Shown here in pieces: positions 13,621 to 26,674 of a DNA stretch of 64,000 bases. This DNA comes from Lama glama. Taxonomy: Eukaryota. The DNA lies in assembly GCA_028534125.1 (NCBI GenBank), contig CM052848.1, positions 1,674,001 to 1,738,000 of the forward strand, given 5' to 3'. Under the pieces are notes generated by a model. It saw nothing but the letters and a program-made list of their open reading frames with translations, did not search any database and had not been told where the DNA came from. How positions within the stretch are numbered: position 1 is the stretch's first letter; every line of letters begins with the position of its first letter. The position numbers were made by a program, and so were the translations under genes.

Positions 13621-14998
13621 GTTCTAGTCATTGTGTGTCGAGGATGGGGTCACAGCGGAACTTGGGGTCTGAGTAATCAGTGTGAGTAGGATTTGAAGGC
13701 ACCACTCCTAAGAGAGCTTCGGGAGGTGGCTGTGAGAATAAGGTGTGGTTATATGAGCAAACAGGGCACTAAGACTGAATTTTAAAATATGTATTCAGTC
13801 ATCGAATATCCACAAAATAGGGACATTCGTTTTTTTTGAAGTGCACCCAACAAAACGATACTCAATTTGCATAAAGCCTATGACACCTGATTTCAGGTAT
13901 TCTGTGCCTTATGCTGTCCTTCACGCTCACCCTGCTCTGCTAAGAAGGGATTGGTCCCTCAGCTCCTGTGGCAGGGGAACCATTTCCTCTTACCTTGGAC
14001 ATTTGTGACTTTCAAAGACGAACTACTCCCTGTGGTTCAGCTGGCATCAGTCACATGGGCCATGAAGTGTGTCATTGATGCATCTCTCAGAGCCGTCCCT
14101 TGTGACAGGACTGTGTCTTTAGTACTGCCAGGCCGTCTAGGTGGAGCTCTGCTTGAGACGGGGCAGTGCTCTTAGGAGAGACCTAGCGATGGCGGCAGCT
14201 GCTGACAGATGGACGGTGCTGGGTTCCAGCCATTCGGTCTGGTCGACGAGGCACGAATGACACTTTAGGAAGCAGATCTGACAACAGCTAAAGACCTGGA
14301 TCTTTTAATATTCTGTTTTAAAGATTCTGCATTTTTATGGAATTGTGGTGATAGAGGATGCAGACCATTATATCTATCTGAATTTTTTTATCTATTCTCT
14401 GTTTGAATTTGTCTTCTTTCAGCCATGTTGCTGGAATAGAGTGACTGCCTTAGACTGTGGCATCACTGGTATTAGCATTTCTCAAGGGGCTGAAACCAAA
14501 ATTGGCAAATACAAAGAATCAAATCGTACTGGAATTTAAGGGGAAGTTCTAGTATTTTTAAAAAATGAAACTTGAGGCCCGTTAAGGTACAGCAGAGAGG
14601 GAGAAAGCATGTGGAATGGTTTTTGTATTTTGAAAACAAACATGTCATTTTCTATTGTTCTCTTCATTGTCTTCACCCTTGAGCGTTTCCACTTGGTGTT
14701 ACATATACTACAGGATTCCCAGCACCACTGCCCCCGACAGGAGCCATGTGCTGCTCTAGAATAATAGGGAGAACTTTACGTCTTATTGTAGTTTCTAAAT
14801 TTGCTAGATAAATCTCCTAAATTCTCCTTCTAACTGTGGAGATAAGGAAATACCTGAACTCGTAACTCAAAATTCTCTCAAAGGTTGGCAAGGGTATAAC
14901 TAAGTGAGAGGTGACCCTGAGAATTACTCATTAATTATTAATAGGCAAGGGTCATACGATTATATCGCTATCTGTCTGTCTATCTGTCTATCTGTCTA

Positions 14999-15300
14999 AA
15001 ATTAAAGTATATTGTTGTGTCAGTTTCTGGTGTACAGCACAGTGTTTCAGTCATACATACACATGTATATATATGTTTTCATATTCTTTTTCATTATAGG
15101 TTACTACAAGATATTGAATATAGTTCCATGTGCTCTACACAAGAAACTTGTTGTTTATCTATTTTATATATAGTAGTTAGTATTTGCAAATCTCGAACTC
15201 CCAATTTATCCCTTCCCGCCCACTTTGACCCCGGGTAACCTTAAGTTTCTTTTCTGTGTCTGTGAGTCCGTTTCTGTTTTGCAAATAAGTTCATCTGTGT
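14999..15300 (-). mobile_element. 5'-truncated L1 3' end
   Basis: tgttgtgtcagtttctggtgtacagcac...ttgcaaatctcgaactcccaatttatcccttccc...gtttctgttttgcaaataagttcat is the reverse complement of the + strand copies. Confidence 0.85.
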
Positions 15301-17607
15301 CAAGAGAGGCATCTTAAAATAAATCTTAGCCTCCTTCGCAATTTACCTAAACTCTAGTGCAGAAATTACAATGCACAATCAGATTTTATCCTTGCAGAAG
15401 AATTCCCTATTCTTCATTTTTGTTTTCATCTCTTTTTCCAACTCTCCCCAGTACCTTACCCACCCCTTCTCCCCGGCACACACAAAGGAGATAGAACACG
15501 CAAGAAAGGAGGGAAAAAAACAAAGGTGGAGGCTTGCAGGACAGAGGAAGTAAGACTTCAGAGACAGATAAATGGGGAGGCAGACCTGGGGCTTTCATTT
15601 CAGCGTGGCCTCCGGCGTCTGAGAGACGGGAGCGCTTGATACTAACCTCAGAGCAAACGTTTCAGTGGGGTTCTAGCTCATGAGGAGGAGTAAGTATGTG
15701 TACGGGGCCAAGTCATCACGGGTAGGGTAAGTCTGCCTTGTTTGACACCTAAGTCTTTTATCTCTCTTCACACGTATCATTGGCTTCACCGTCCTACCGT
15801 CAGGCCCCCTATTCTGCTGACCGTTAGGAGGGCATGAATGGGTCCCGTGTGGCTGATCTGACTTCCTGCAATGAAACGGGACAGGCTCTTAGTGTTTGTA
15901 CCTCAGTGTTTGTGGCCCCGGAGCAGGCGTTCACTGGAGGCTTACCTGCCCTGTGTCTAAATACTAAAGTTGTGAATCAGGCTGACAAACTGTCCATTAA
16001 AATGTGCATGCTCTGCCCTCCCGCCTTGACAAACATATTTCAGCTTCACACTGGTGAAAAATACAGGCAGTGTTAGATTATTTTTATGATGCAAAGTCAG
16101 CAAAATTTCCAGGTCAACTGACTTCAGATACTGCTGTTCAGTTGGGTGTTCTGTTGATGGGCTGCATACATAATACAATAAAGTCATGTGTACAAACTAT
16201 GGTATATTTTTGCATAAAATTTGTTTTCTTGCCTTCATTTCAGCACAGTCACAAATTATGTTATTATAGTAAAGATTTTCACATAATTTGTGTTCTGTTA
16301 AGAGTAATCTAAATGATAGAAAAATGTAATAATCAAGTACACAAAATCTACATGTGTTTTTTTTCAAAAATTAAAATGGAACAATGTAAAAAGTATAAAA
16401 TATTTTGCATGGATGATCTAAAAAGTTACTTTTCCTCTAATATATTCAAATGTAGCTTCTAAAATTAAAGGGCACAATAAATATATAATAATGACAAATT
16501 TTTAAATCACTTTTAAAATAATCAAGCTGATAATTTTAGATAATATTTTTAAAAAGTTAAATTACTTCTCAGTAAATTTGTTTGTGAAAAGAAATTACTA
16601 GCAATTGTTCTGTTCCGTGGCTTTCTAGTTGCCAAAATAAAAAACCTGTATCATGATTGACACATGCTACATGGGGACCTAAATTTCTGCAAATTTAAGG
16701 GCGATATAAATTGCTAAATATTATATTTATCTGCCCCCATGTGCAGCTGGTGTGCATATCATGGTATTTTGCATGTGACTCAGAACCACAATTTGAAACA
16801 GGAAGAGAAGGAGAAAGTAGTCACTGAACAGCACTGTGGAGGAATGTGGCTCTGTGTGAGAATCTGGTGTGTTGATTGATACTCTCTCAGGGGAAGGATT
16901 CGTTAGCTAACTTGTCTTATTAGTGAAATAAATACTCTTCTCTTCAGACGGCCTGTTCTCAGGGGAAGTACCTGTTTCTGACAGCACAGGAGAGTTCGTA
17001 GCGTATGGGCGGGTGCCCCTTGCTTTTGAGGACACTGGGCAATCGGTATGGCAAAGGGTTTCTCTGGGCCCTAAAAAGTCTCTGATGTTAGCGGATGGGG
17101 GGACCCTGAGGTGAGGAGGCCCCCAGAGCATGGGCCCTTGCCTGCCAGCGGGAAGGGTTCACAGCTGAGGCAGAGGGGCAGAGCGAAAGCCACTTTTATC
17201 CCTCCAAAGAGGAGAAGGAAGGAAAGCGCTCGAGTGGGGAGAAGGAAAGGAAAAGTGCTGGAGTGAGGAGGAGGCGCTGGGGTCGGCGCCGTCAGCCCAG
17301 ACGGGCCGCAGGGACAGCCCAGGTGGACTTCACGGGACACTTCTGCCGCCAGGCCCTCCTTGCGGCTGTGCTGGAGCCATCAGCCCTTGCACGGGGCTTT
17401 CAGTGTCTGTGTGGGCTCTTCCGGTGGTCATGGCGGCCGGCAGCGGGCACGGCGCTGGCCGGTGTGTCACTCAGCAGGACGATGCATTGCAGTGAGAGTG
17501 CGGAGGCCCCGGGTCCACTGGCCGTCACGCCCTGCACCATCCTGGCTCTTCTTTCTCCTCTGCGGCTGCCTCCTGAGACTTAGAGCAGAGTAATTGGTTT
17601 CTGTTCA

Positions 17608-17994
17608 ACGGAGGGGCAGGGTGTGATCCTGGGGGCAACCAGCCGTGGTAACAAAAAGGAAAGTTGCTTTCAGCCAGAATGCTGGCCGTCTGGTGGACCC
17701 AGTGTTCCCCCAGTGAGCGGTCTCTGAAGGTTCTGCTTAGAGGCGGGGGCCGGGGGCCTTAGTTCCTGCAGAGGAAATTAAAGATACTGTTACGCATATT
17801 CCTTCAGGAGGAGCCAGGACGCTGCCTGGAGGCTGCGGTAGGCCCCCTCCCTTCCCTGAACAGCAGCTGTTGGGATCTGCCCTTTGGAACTCAGGGAAGG
17901 TCAAGGAGGCTGCGTGAAGCTAGCTCCTACAAAAGAGAAATGGGGGGCAGAACGGATTTGCATCAGGGAGGCCCCAGGGTCCTGCTTCTTTTTA
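17608..17994 (-). mobile_element. ERV1-like solo LTR, degraded
   Basis: ccctttggaactcagggaaggtca...aagagaaatgggg...ccccagggtcctgct. The end resembles that of the LTR at 48361-48821 (cagggtcctgct). Confidence 0.55.
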
Positions 17995-19647
17995 GTGAGA
18001 ATGGATGTTTAGGGATGCAGGTTTCACAGCACCAGGTCCCAGGAGGCAGGGCTGTCCGTCGGTTGTTTAATGCACTTACATTTTCTGTGTTTGTGACATC
18101 TGAGGCCTTCCAAGGGGACCCTGAGCCAGGACCCTGCTCACCACTGTAAGGACAGAGGCAGACCTTGCAAAATAGGAAGAAAATTAAATAGGAGACTTTT
18201 CTGGAACCGAAGAAAGCTTTTAACATTATAATCTTCTCAACAGCTATTTTGAACTTCTTTAAACTTTGCCCAGGTTGGTGATAAACTTAATAGAAAAACA
18301 AATGCCTCTCCTTTCCTTGGAAAAAACAGAAACAAAAAACAAAACCAACACACACATGCAATGAAAACTGACTCCTGGCTTCCACCCAGTTAGAGTTCCT
18401 TAAAATACCACGAGGGCCAGCAGCATCCAACAAGGCAGAGATGGAGCCCGCTGGGAAGCGACAGACGGACCTGCCAGAGCTGGTGGCCTTTGCAGGTCCA
18501 GGGTTTCAAGCCAAGTAAGAGAATCAGGTTGGGAAGGAAAAAATACATTTAGCAGCTTCAGCTAGGTAACGAGCAAATGGCAACAGTGTGATGAGAGTAG
18601 GTTACCAGAGATACAGATGCAAGATTCTCCCCCGTATGAGCGCAAAACAGGCATCCCGCCCAGCATGTGTCCCGCGTTCCCATCGTGGCCCGGGTTCCCT
18701 GCTGGCTCTCCTGGTGATGTAACCGGGAGGGTGAGACGCAGGTGACGTGCGAGGCTCGCGGTCTACGTATGCATGTCAAGCGGATGACTTTCAGTGCAAT
18801 TTGCACAGAGCATCGAAGGAGGGACCTTCTTCCCTTCTTCCTCTTTCGTTTTTAGCTCTGTTGCCAAAATTCTCATTAAGATGATTACTGTTATGTCTTT
18901 AAGAGGTACCTTTCAAAATGCAAACGATGCATCAAATGTGTAGCACATGTCAGTCCAGGCTGGGAATGCCAGAGTTCTACGAGAGGGGCTTTTTGTTTTT
19001 GTTCTGCAAAATGCGGGAAAGCCTAGAATGAGGAAACAGCCAGGTAGTCACCTGCCTGAAGCTCACTTGCAGGATGGACAGGATGTGCTGGAAGGTGGGG
19101 AGGTCAGCCAGAGCCCAGGCTCTCCAGGCCAGGTGGTCACCTGAAAGGACATAATGCCGGTCTTTCTTTCTTTTGTTTAAATGGGAGACCTAACCTTTGT
19201 TAGAAGAAAGAGTGACTTCAGCTAAAGTCACCTCTGGCCATTTCTCTTGTGTTTAGAAATTTAAATTTACAAATTTCTGTCAGTTTGACTTACAAAAAGA
19301 ATCTGTGATGAAGAGTTGAAAGGTTTTTAAAGTTTGAGGTAAATATGTTCTACTTTCCCTATTTGTGAACATAAGGGGGGAAACGTTTCCATTTTTACAA
19401 ATTAATGGTTCGTCTCTAGATGCTTTAGAGGATTGCTTTTGCTCTGTGGCGTGAGCTTCATTAAATGAAACGTCCTTCAGCGTTTGTTCTTTGTATTTAT
19501 ACCAGTTTTATGTGAAGTATTTCTGCATCCCCCCTCACTGTTACTAATATATCCTTTTTCAGAGAGCGATCTGTCTGTCTACATTAAGTCTTTATAAGCA
19601 GGTATTATATTCCCTGAGACAGAGGAGATCTCTGTCATTCGCTGTCT

Positions 19648-19802
19648 GGTGGGCCTCAGTGTGGTCCCAAGACCTGCAGGATCGGCCTCACCTGGGAACT
19701 TGTTAGGGCTGCGTATCCTCCACCCACGACCTGACCTGCTCAGTCACTCTGGAGTGGGGCCCAGCGATCGGTGTTGGATTTTGACTTCAGGGGATTCTGA
19801 TC
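19648..19802. mobile_element. MER5A-like hAT relic
   Basis: agtgtggtccc...cacctgggaacttgttag...actctggagtggggcccagcgatc...ggattctgat. Confidence 0.65.
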
Positions 19803-21498
19803 CATTAGTCTGGTCTTGCGCTTATGGTTCCCGCTCAGGAAACGGGTTTGAAGAAAGGTGGGACTGAGCCCCGGCCTTCGGAATCCTGCTCTCAGGCTTT
19901 TATCTTTATTCTGAGCTTCACGTGAAGAACATGACTGTTAGTGTCCTGGTGGGTCCTGGGCTTCTGGAAACTCAGTGTTTCCAAATCTGTCAGAACTTTC
20001 TAAGAGTATGCTCTGTGCCAGTTTCAGCCTGTGAGTAACCAGTGTTGTGGGCAGACTGGTCGTTGCGGTTCTTACTGTAACTGCAAGATGCTCTTCCGCA
20101 GTAACCATCAGGAAACTGAAAAAAGCAAAAGGCTTATGACTTACAGGACCTGGAAATGACACAGCACACTTGGGGCCCCACAGCAGGGTTGCCGGAGAGA
20201 GAGAGAGAAAGAGAGAGAGCACTCGTGGGCCTGGGGTTCTGTTCTTTGGGGGTCAAGGAGGGGCCTGGGGTTTCGAGGACTCCCTCTTTATTGGTGAATT
20301 TAAAACAAATGAGTGGGGATTTCAAGCACAGGAGGGGGGTGGAAATAGCCCAAATGGCCGGTTACTGAAATCAGCTAAGATCTCTAGAACAGAGAAGCCT
20401 CAGGTGAGGGAAGTGGCCCTTAGCTGGTCTCCGGCTGGCAGTGCACTTACCTGAGGTAATCTTCACAGTGGATGCCTCTTTCAGATGCACGGCTGGCAGC
20501 CAAAGCTTAAGTCAGGCACTTGCATTACAAACAAGGAAGAAAGAAAAAAAACCAACCCATCAGGACTACAGTATATAGTCTAACAGGACACTGTTTCCTC
20601 TTTTGAATCAGTTAGATTAAAAATTTTTTTTTCTTGAAAATTTAAAGTCTTTTTAACACAAAATGCAGAATAGAAGATGAAGCCCTGGGTGAAAGACAGG
20701 TTCTAGTAAGAAATCAACTGATTTATATAATAAGGTGAACTTTTTTTTACAGAAATTAAGCTGTTCTTGAAAAAAAATAGCAAGTTAATGTAAGGCATCC
20801 AGTAATGACGACGTGACCAAGCGGAGACTTCGAAGGGAACTCAGACGAACTGGGTCTCCGTAATTGAAGGGAGGGGACAGACAGCTGAATACCTGAAATG
20901 TGAGAATCGGTTTGGAAGATGGAGGTTTTGGACAAGACTTTGAGGACGTCACTACAGAGCAGGTTGCCGCCAGGACTGTGGTGTCATTTGTTTTCATTCC
21001 CAGATAATATGAGGAGCAGAAGACAGGGGTTCTCGATGGGTCTCTGAATCTCTCAGGACATTGAGGGGGAAGTTGGCATGCTAGCGTTAAAAACAGCTCA
21101 TCTGATGTGTTCTTGCGGAAAAGTGGATGGATGTCTGTTATGAAGACCTTTCTCATTCTCTTTTCTTGCTCCCTCTGGTGAGCCGGAGCCTGTGTTTGAC
21201 ATCTAGCCATTTGAGATTAGAGGACGTAAGGGAAACTTCTGGGAAGCTCCTGCCTGTGGTTTTGGGGAAATAAAACCATTGCTCGGGACGGAGCTTGCAG
21301 GTGAGAGTGCAGTGTAATGCCAGCCCTCGTTCCCCCTTTTCTGACGTACGTGTCTCCACATCTGAACGCTGTATCCATGCGCATCGCCACGTGTGTCCAG
21401 GTGTTTTCATCTTGTCTCTGGTCAGGCTTCCTGCGGTACTGACCCTCCATCGCCTTGGCCTCCGCAGAGGCCTCCAAAAGCTTTCCTGCCTTCTTATC

Positions 21499-21987
21499 TG
21501 GAAAGGCGTGAATGGACAACATTGCCGGCCATATCCGTAAACAACGGACGCTGTGGCCATCGAGTCATCAGCCGCTACCGCCACCCCGGACGGCGAGCGG
21601 AGGGAACTCAGGACACCGACCAGCGGCAGCCCGGCCTCTTTCCTGCGGGAACTCAGGGTGCGGAAGCACAGGACGCTGGCCCCAGACGGCTGGGCGCACG
21701 TCACAGGAGTGATCTCAGTGAGCGCAGGCCTTTGCACCGTCCCACACACAGAGGAGCGAATTCCTCACCTTGAGACGTCTGGCTTCCTTAATTTACAGTG
21801 ATCCTTCGATGTTCGCGCTATCAGGTCTTGGTTGCGAAAACCTCCCCCATCCTGGCTTCTCCCTCACCGCTCTGGAACGGCCTCTTAGAGGATCTGAGAG
21901 GCTGTTTCCCAGGCTTACGTCCTCAGGAAATCCGCTGAATAAAACATACTCCCAGCTTCTAGGTTGTGCGTTTTGCTTCAGCCGACA
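21499..21987 (+). mobile_element. ERV1-like solo LTR, sense to CTNNA2
   Basis: TG...CA ends, AATAAA at 21938-21943, and 3' end ctaggttgtgcgttttgcttcagccgaca. Homologous in inverted orientation to the element starting at 22801. No clean TSD seen. Confidence 0.7.
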
Positions 21988-22800
21988 GAGGCAGGTAGAA
22001 GCGAGCTGTGGGGAAGACGCTGCGCGGTAGTTTCATTTTACTCAGCCCGCAGAGGCCGCTGCAGAAGTGCAGAGCACCCGCTGTTTCACTGCGCGTAGCA
22101 AGGACTCGGCGATATTAGCTGCGCCGATGTGTCTCTGGAACAACTAACGAAGCTTAGAAGGGGAGAGGGCGAGAGAACTTTCACTGCAGCTTTTAAATTT
22201 TTTTCTTAAAATTGTTTAGCATCATTGAACTGAAAGGAGCCTCAGATTTGCAACCTTAATGTCACATTAGCATGATTCTTTTCATTCCATAAACTGTATT
22301 TAATTTTATTTTTCCGCAGGGTTATGTTAGCGCTCATTAAGAAAACATATTTTTTTTTCAATCTGTCATAAAGGAAGCAACATCTCAGCTGCAGACGCAG
22401 GTCAGAGGTCATGGTGATAACTGACTCCATGGAATGATGCGATAATGCCGATTTTTCTAAGGAGGGACTGTTTCAGGGATGCGCAGCTGAGCATTGAAGG
22501 AGAATTAGTCACATGGTCCGAAAGGCCAAAGGACGGACACAATTTTCCGGATGTTGTACAGGCTTGTTTTCTGTGGAATTTCACACCCTCATGTGGACTA
22601 AACTCTGATTTCTGTCAACATTTCAGATTTGGCTGAGTGTCATTCCTGTGTCAAATAAAATGCGAGGGAACTTGCATTTGGAATCCAAATTTGGAAAGAA
22701 GAAAATATTTTTATAATAGGAGATTTTAAAGTAGTTTGGAAAGGTGGATAGTTTTCAGTAATCTGGAGAAACTTGAGTGATTATGGTTACGCCTTGGAGC

Positions 22801-23108
22801 TGTCAACTGAGATAAACGCGCAGCCTGAAAGCTGAGAATTATGTTTTCTTTGGCGGGAGGACTCGAGCCGGGATGACGGCCTCTCAGGTGGCCCTGAGGG
22901 GCTGCTCCCAAGAGGTAGGGGAGGGGCTGGGATACACAGGAGCTTCACAGCAAAGACCAGGTAGTCCAAACAATAAAAGATGGCTTGTTATCTAAAGAAA
23001 ACCAGGCATCTCAAGTTAAAGAATTTAGCGCTTTTTGTGTATGGGAGGAAGCAAACATTTGGGCTTACTGAATCCATTCCTTTACAAGCAGGAGTTATCT
23101 AGGGCCAG
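22801..23108 (-). mobile_element. ERV1-like LTR, truncated by the gap
   Basis: tgtcaactgagataaacgcgcagcctgaaagctgagaattatgttttc is the reverse complement of the same LTR 3' end as 21938-21987. Confidence 0.7.
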
Positions 23109-23608
23109 NNNNNNNNNNNNNNNNNNNNNNNNNNNNNNNNNNNNNNNNNNNNNNNNNNNNNNNNNNNNNNNNNNNNNNNNNNNNNNNNNNNNNNNNNNNN
23201 NNNNNNNNNNNNNNNNNNNNNNNNNNNNNNNNNNNNNNNNNNNNNNNNNNNNNNNNNNNNNNNNNNNNNNNNNNNNNNNNNNNNNNNNNNNNNNNNNNNN
23301 NNNNNNNNNNNNNNNNNNNNNNNNNNNNNNNNNNNNNNNNNNNNNNNNNNNNNNNNNNNNNNNNNNNNNNNNNNNNNNNNNNNNNNNNNNNNNNNNNNNN
23401 NNNNNNNNNNNNNNNNNNNNNNNNNNNNNNNNNNNNNNNNNNNNNNNNNNNNNNNNNNNNNNNNNNNNNNNNNNNNNNNNNNNNNNNNNNNNNNNNNNNN
23501 NNNNNNNNNNNNNNNNNNNNNNNNNNNNNNNNNNNNNNNNNNNNNNNNNNNNNNNNNNNNNNNNNNNNNNNNNNNNNNNNNNNNNNNNNNNNNNNNNNNN
23601 NNNNNNNN
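23109..23608. other. Assembly gap (500 N)
   Basis: Run of exactly 500 N, interrupting an LTR. Confidence 0.99.
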
Positions 23609-25170
23609 TTCCTGTGACCGGGACTGGCGCTTCCCAGAAACTTAGCAAGGGTGTTTTAACAGTGTGAGTTTCCAGAGTTATTTTAGTATTCTGCCCTGCC
23701 AGAATAGCATGCTTGGTATATATAAAATGTATTTATATTTTATTTTATATATATAAATGTATATGGATGTAATTTTCTATGTAAACTTTATATAAATATA
23801 TAAACTTGTTTATATATTTACATATAATACTTGTGTATTTTTTGAAATACTAGAATTATTAATTCATGGTCATTGAAAAAGGTGCTCATGGTGACTGGCT
23901 TGTCTTGAATACTTTTAAGTCACACGTGTGACCTGCCGCCCCTCCTCCACTCCTCCTTTTGCTCTGTTAAATGTGCAGTGTTGAAAATCATAAATCACTC
24001 TGTCCTTTTAATCCATATGAACCTAACAGGCCAAATGGCTGCACTTTGCTTAATTATTTTATAAAAAAATAAAATTCTGTTTTCTCCTTACAAACAAACA
24101 AGTTTCTCACCGTAAATTTAGAAGAGCTGTGAACTTTGGTTTCAGTCCTTAGACTAAAAAATATTTAAATAAATTTGGGAATAAGTGAAATAAGAAAAAC
24201 ATCTATTTTTTTCTCCTTGAAGTGCATCACAGTTACATTTTAAATTGTTTTTCGTCTAATTCCCTTGAGCCGCCTCCAGTGTGATAATGCTCACCACGTT
24301 CCCCTTGTAAGCCTTTGTGTCATTCAGCCGCTTAACTGGAACAGCCCGATTGCTTTTCAAATTCAAATCTCTCTTTTTCTCAATCTCTCTCTCCCTTTTT
24401 TTTTTTCCAGTGTTTTGGATAAATAAGGTATTTTCTGCCTGTGTTGCTTCGCATAGCTTGAGAGGCACTGAATGCTTCCCATATTGTTCTCTTAATACAG
24501 TTTGACTCCAGAGTCGTCTGGGGAAGTGCGGTAACTCGCTGGGCAGTCGCGGGCTTCCCTCCGAGAGTCTGTGGCGAGATGGCTGGTGATGCAGCTGTTT
24601 GTGGTGCTTCGTTCCCCCGATTCCTCCTGTCCCTTCACTGGATGGAGTCTCTTTGGTCCTCCTTATTCATCCCCTGAGAATATACATTTTTAAAATCGTC
24701 ACCAGAGAGATTTCAACCTTCTAACCTCCAATTAAAAAACAAAACAGAAGTTGGCATTCTGACGTTTCTTTTCATTCCCTCCTTCCTTCTTGTCGCCTCT
24801 GATTCGTTTCAGATATTCCAGTAAATTTCAGGCAGATGGTTAACAGTCTCTGCATTTTGTTTGCTTTCGGTTTCTTGTTGACATTTGACATTTCTGGGTT
24901 TGTTTTTTTTTTCCCCAATAATCTTCTCAGGCTATGAAAGTACATTGTAGTTCACTCAATCCTGAAAGCCATTGGCTTTTCCTCAAGATTTGGCCCTCAA
25001 ATAAAGTGCTTAGAGTCATTTTCCTGTTAAGCTTTTCAGTTTGGGTTTGTACCCCCTCACCCTGTGACACCCTCCACGTCAAGCCATTTATAAGACACGC
25101 AGGTTCTGAAATGGCCTGCGCTGCCCCTGGCCAAGCTCGAGGTGCGGCAGCTGGTGAGAGGAGGCACTCC

Positions 25171-25295
25171 GCACTGCCCGGGGGACGTGCTCCCGCCCTG
25201 CCCGGAGGTGAAGTGCTCCCGCGCTGCCCCGGGGGAAGTGCTCCTGCCCTGCCCGGGGGATGTGCTCCCGCCCGGCCTGGGGGAAGTGCTCCCGC
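25171..25295. repeat. GC-rich minisatellite, 5 copies of a 24-26 bp unit
   Basis: Units start at 25171, 25195, 25221, 25246 and 25270. Consensus GCCCTGCCCGGGGGAHGTGCTCCC. Confidence 0.92.
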
Positions 25296-25940
25296 TGTTA
25301 CCTGAGACAAGGCGTGATTAGGCCCCTGTGGGGAACGTGCTGCCTCAGTCGAGGCCGCCTTGATTTCTGTAAAGCAGTGACTAATCCAGTGCTCTCAACT
25401 GCCTGGCAGATTTGTCACATTCACCAAGCTTGCATCTGCTTTTTCCTTAACGACCGCCAGAGGAACTGATTTCTGTGGCAGCTAAATTACAGACACACTT
25501 TCTGTCTTCGATATTATTCCATTTACATCAACACGGCCCATCTTGTGTCTCCCTCTACCTGCCACGAACCTGGCAGCTTCTGGCCATTATGTTTATACAG
25601 ATAATTCAGGCATTGGCTGCATCATGCGTTGTTTTGCTGGAAGAGACCTTGAGAGGCACTGGGCCTTGGCCCTTTGTCTTCACAGGCATCTAAACAAAAG
25701 CAGGCCTGTCCGCGATGTTGTTTCAGCCTCCAGTCACAGCACGTGCATCCCTGAGTTAGTGCACGTTAAGGGGGGAGCGCTTGTCAAGGGCACCGTGTGT
25801 GCCCGCACCGGGCCTCACTCACGGTGGTGGTTCAGCAGCTCTGGTGCCAGGTGTGACCGTGTCGGCAGTGTGTCCGCCGTTTCTCCGTCAGCCATCACAT
25901 TTTCACTCTCCTTGGAATTTTAAATCTTTTTTTGTCCTTT

Positions 25941-26674
25941 TATTGCTGCTGATGGCAGCCATCCCCTTTTCCTGGTTTTGCTCTTGGGAAATAAAGCCGC
26001 CTTAAACCTTAGCCAGCATTAAACCCTGAGCATGGCGGGCGACTAGGTTCTTGTCCCGCCCCAGAAAGAATTCAGAGACGAGACGCACAGGTGAAGAAAG
26101 TAAAGTGAGGATTTATCAAGGGATGGACAGTATGATCTCAAGGGGAGAGCGGGCAGGCTCAGGGGAGCAGCTGCCTGGAGTTTCTCTGGCAAGTTGGTCA
26201 CAGAGGGTGTAAAACTGAACGGGCAGAATATTCACTGGGGAGGGAAGGGTTTGGGGTCACATTCCCTGATTTTCAACCCAACTCCGCCTTCCCAAAGGGA
26301 GGAGGGAATTTTGTCCATATTTAGTCTGGATGGGAAGTGTCATGGCGTCTGTGCATGATGGGTACTTCTGACCTGCAAGGCTAATTTTACTAAAATGAGG
26401 GCGTGATGAGCAAAAGGTTACATTTGGACTCTTGAGATTCCTGCGTTTTCCCACCTCTTTTTGTTGGCCTCCAGGCCACTTGTCACCCCAAAAGGTGTGG
26501 CCCCTTGTCAGCCCAGAGGTTCCTGCTTTTCTTTCTCTGCCCAGGGACCCCTGGTGCTTATATGATGTGTGGTTTCCTGCATTTGGCCTGGGCCCCTCCT
26601 TTCTGCCCAGGTCCTGCCGTTTGGCCTGTGTCCCCCTTTCTCTGCTCACGTCTAGCTCTCTGCCTGCTCTAACG
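25941..26674 (-). mobile_element. ERV1-like solo LTR (about 730 bp)
   Basis: ggttcttgtccc...aaagaattcagagacgagac...aagtgaggatttatcaaggg...ggagagcgggcaggctcag...ctgcctgctctaac, a typical antisense ERV1 LTR with decayed termini. Confidence 0.65.

Noticed and set aside
25171-25295. CRISPR-like repeat or coding repeat (ORFs 24927-25310 and 24934-25305)
   Set aside because: Units are contiguous with no unique spacers. The ORFs stay open only because the repeat is GC-rich.
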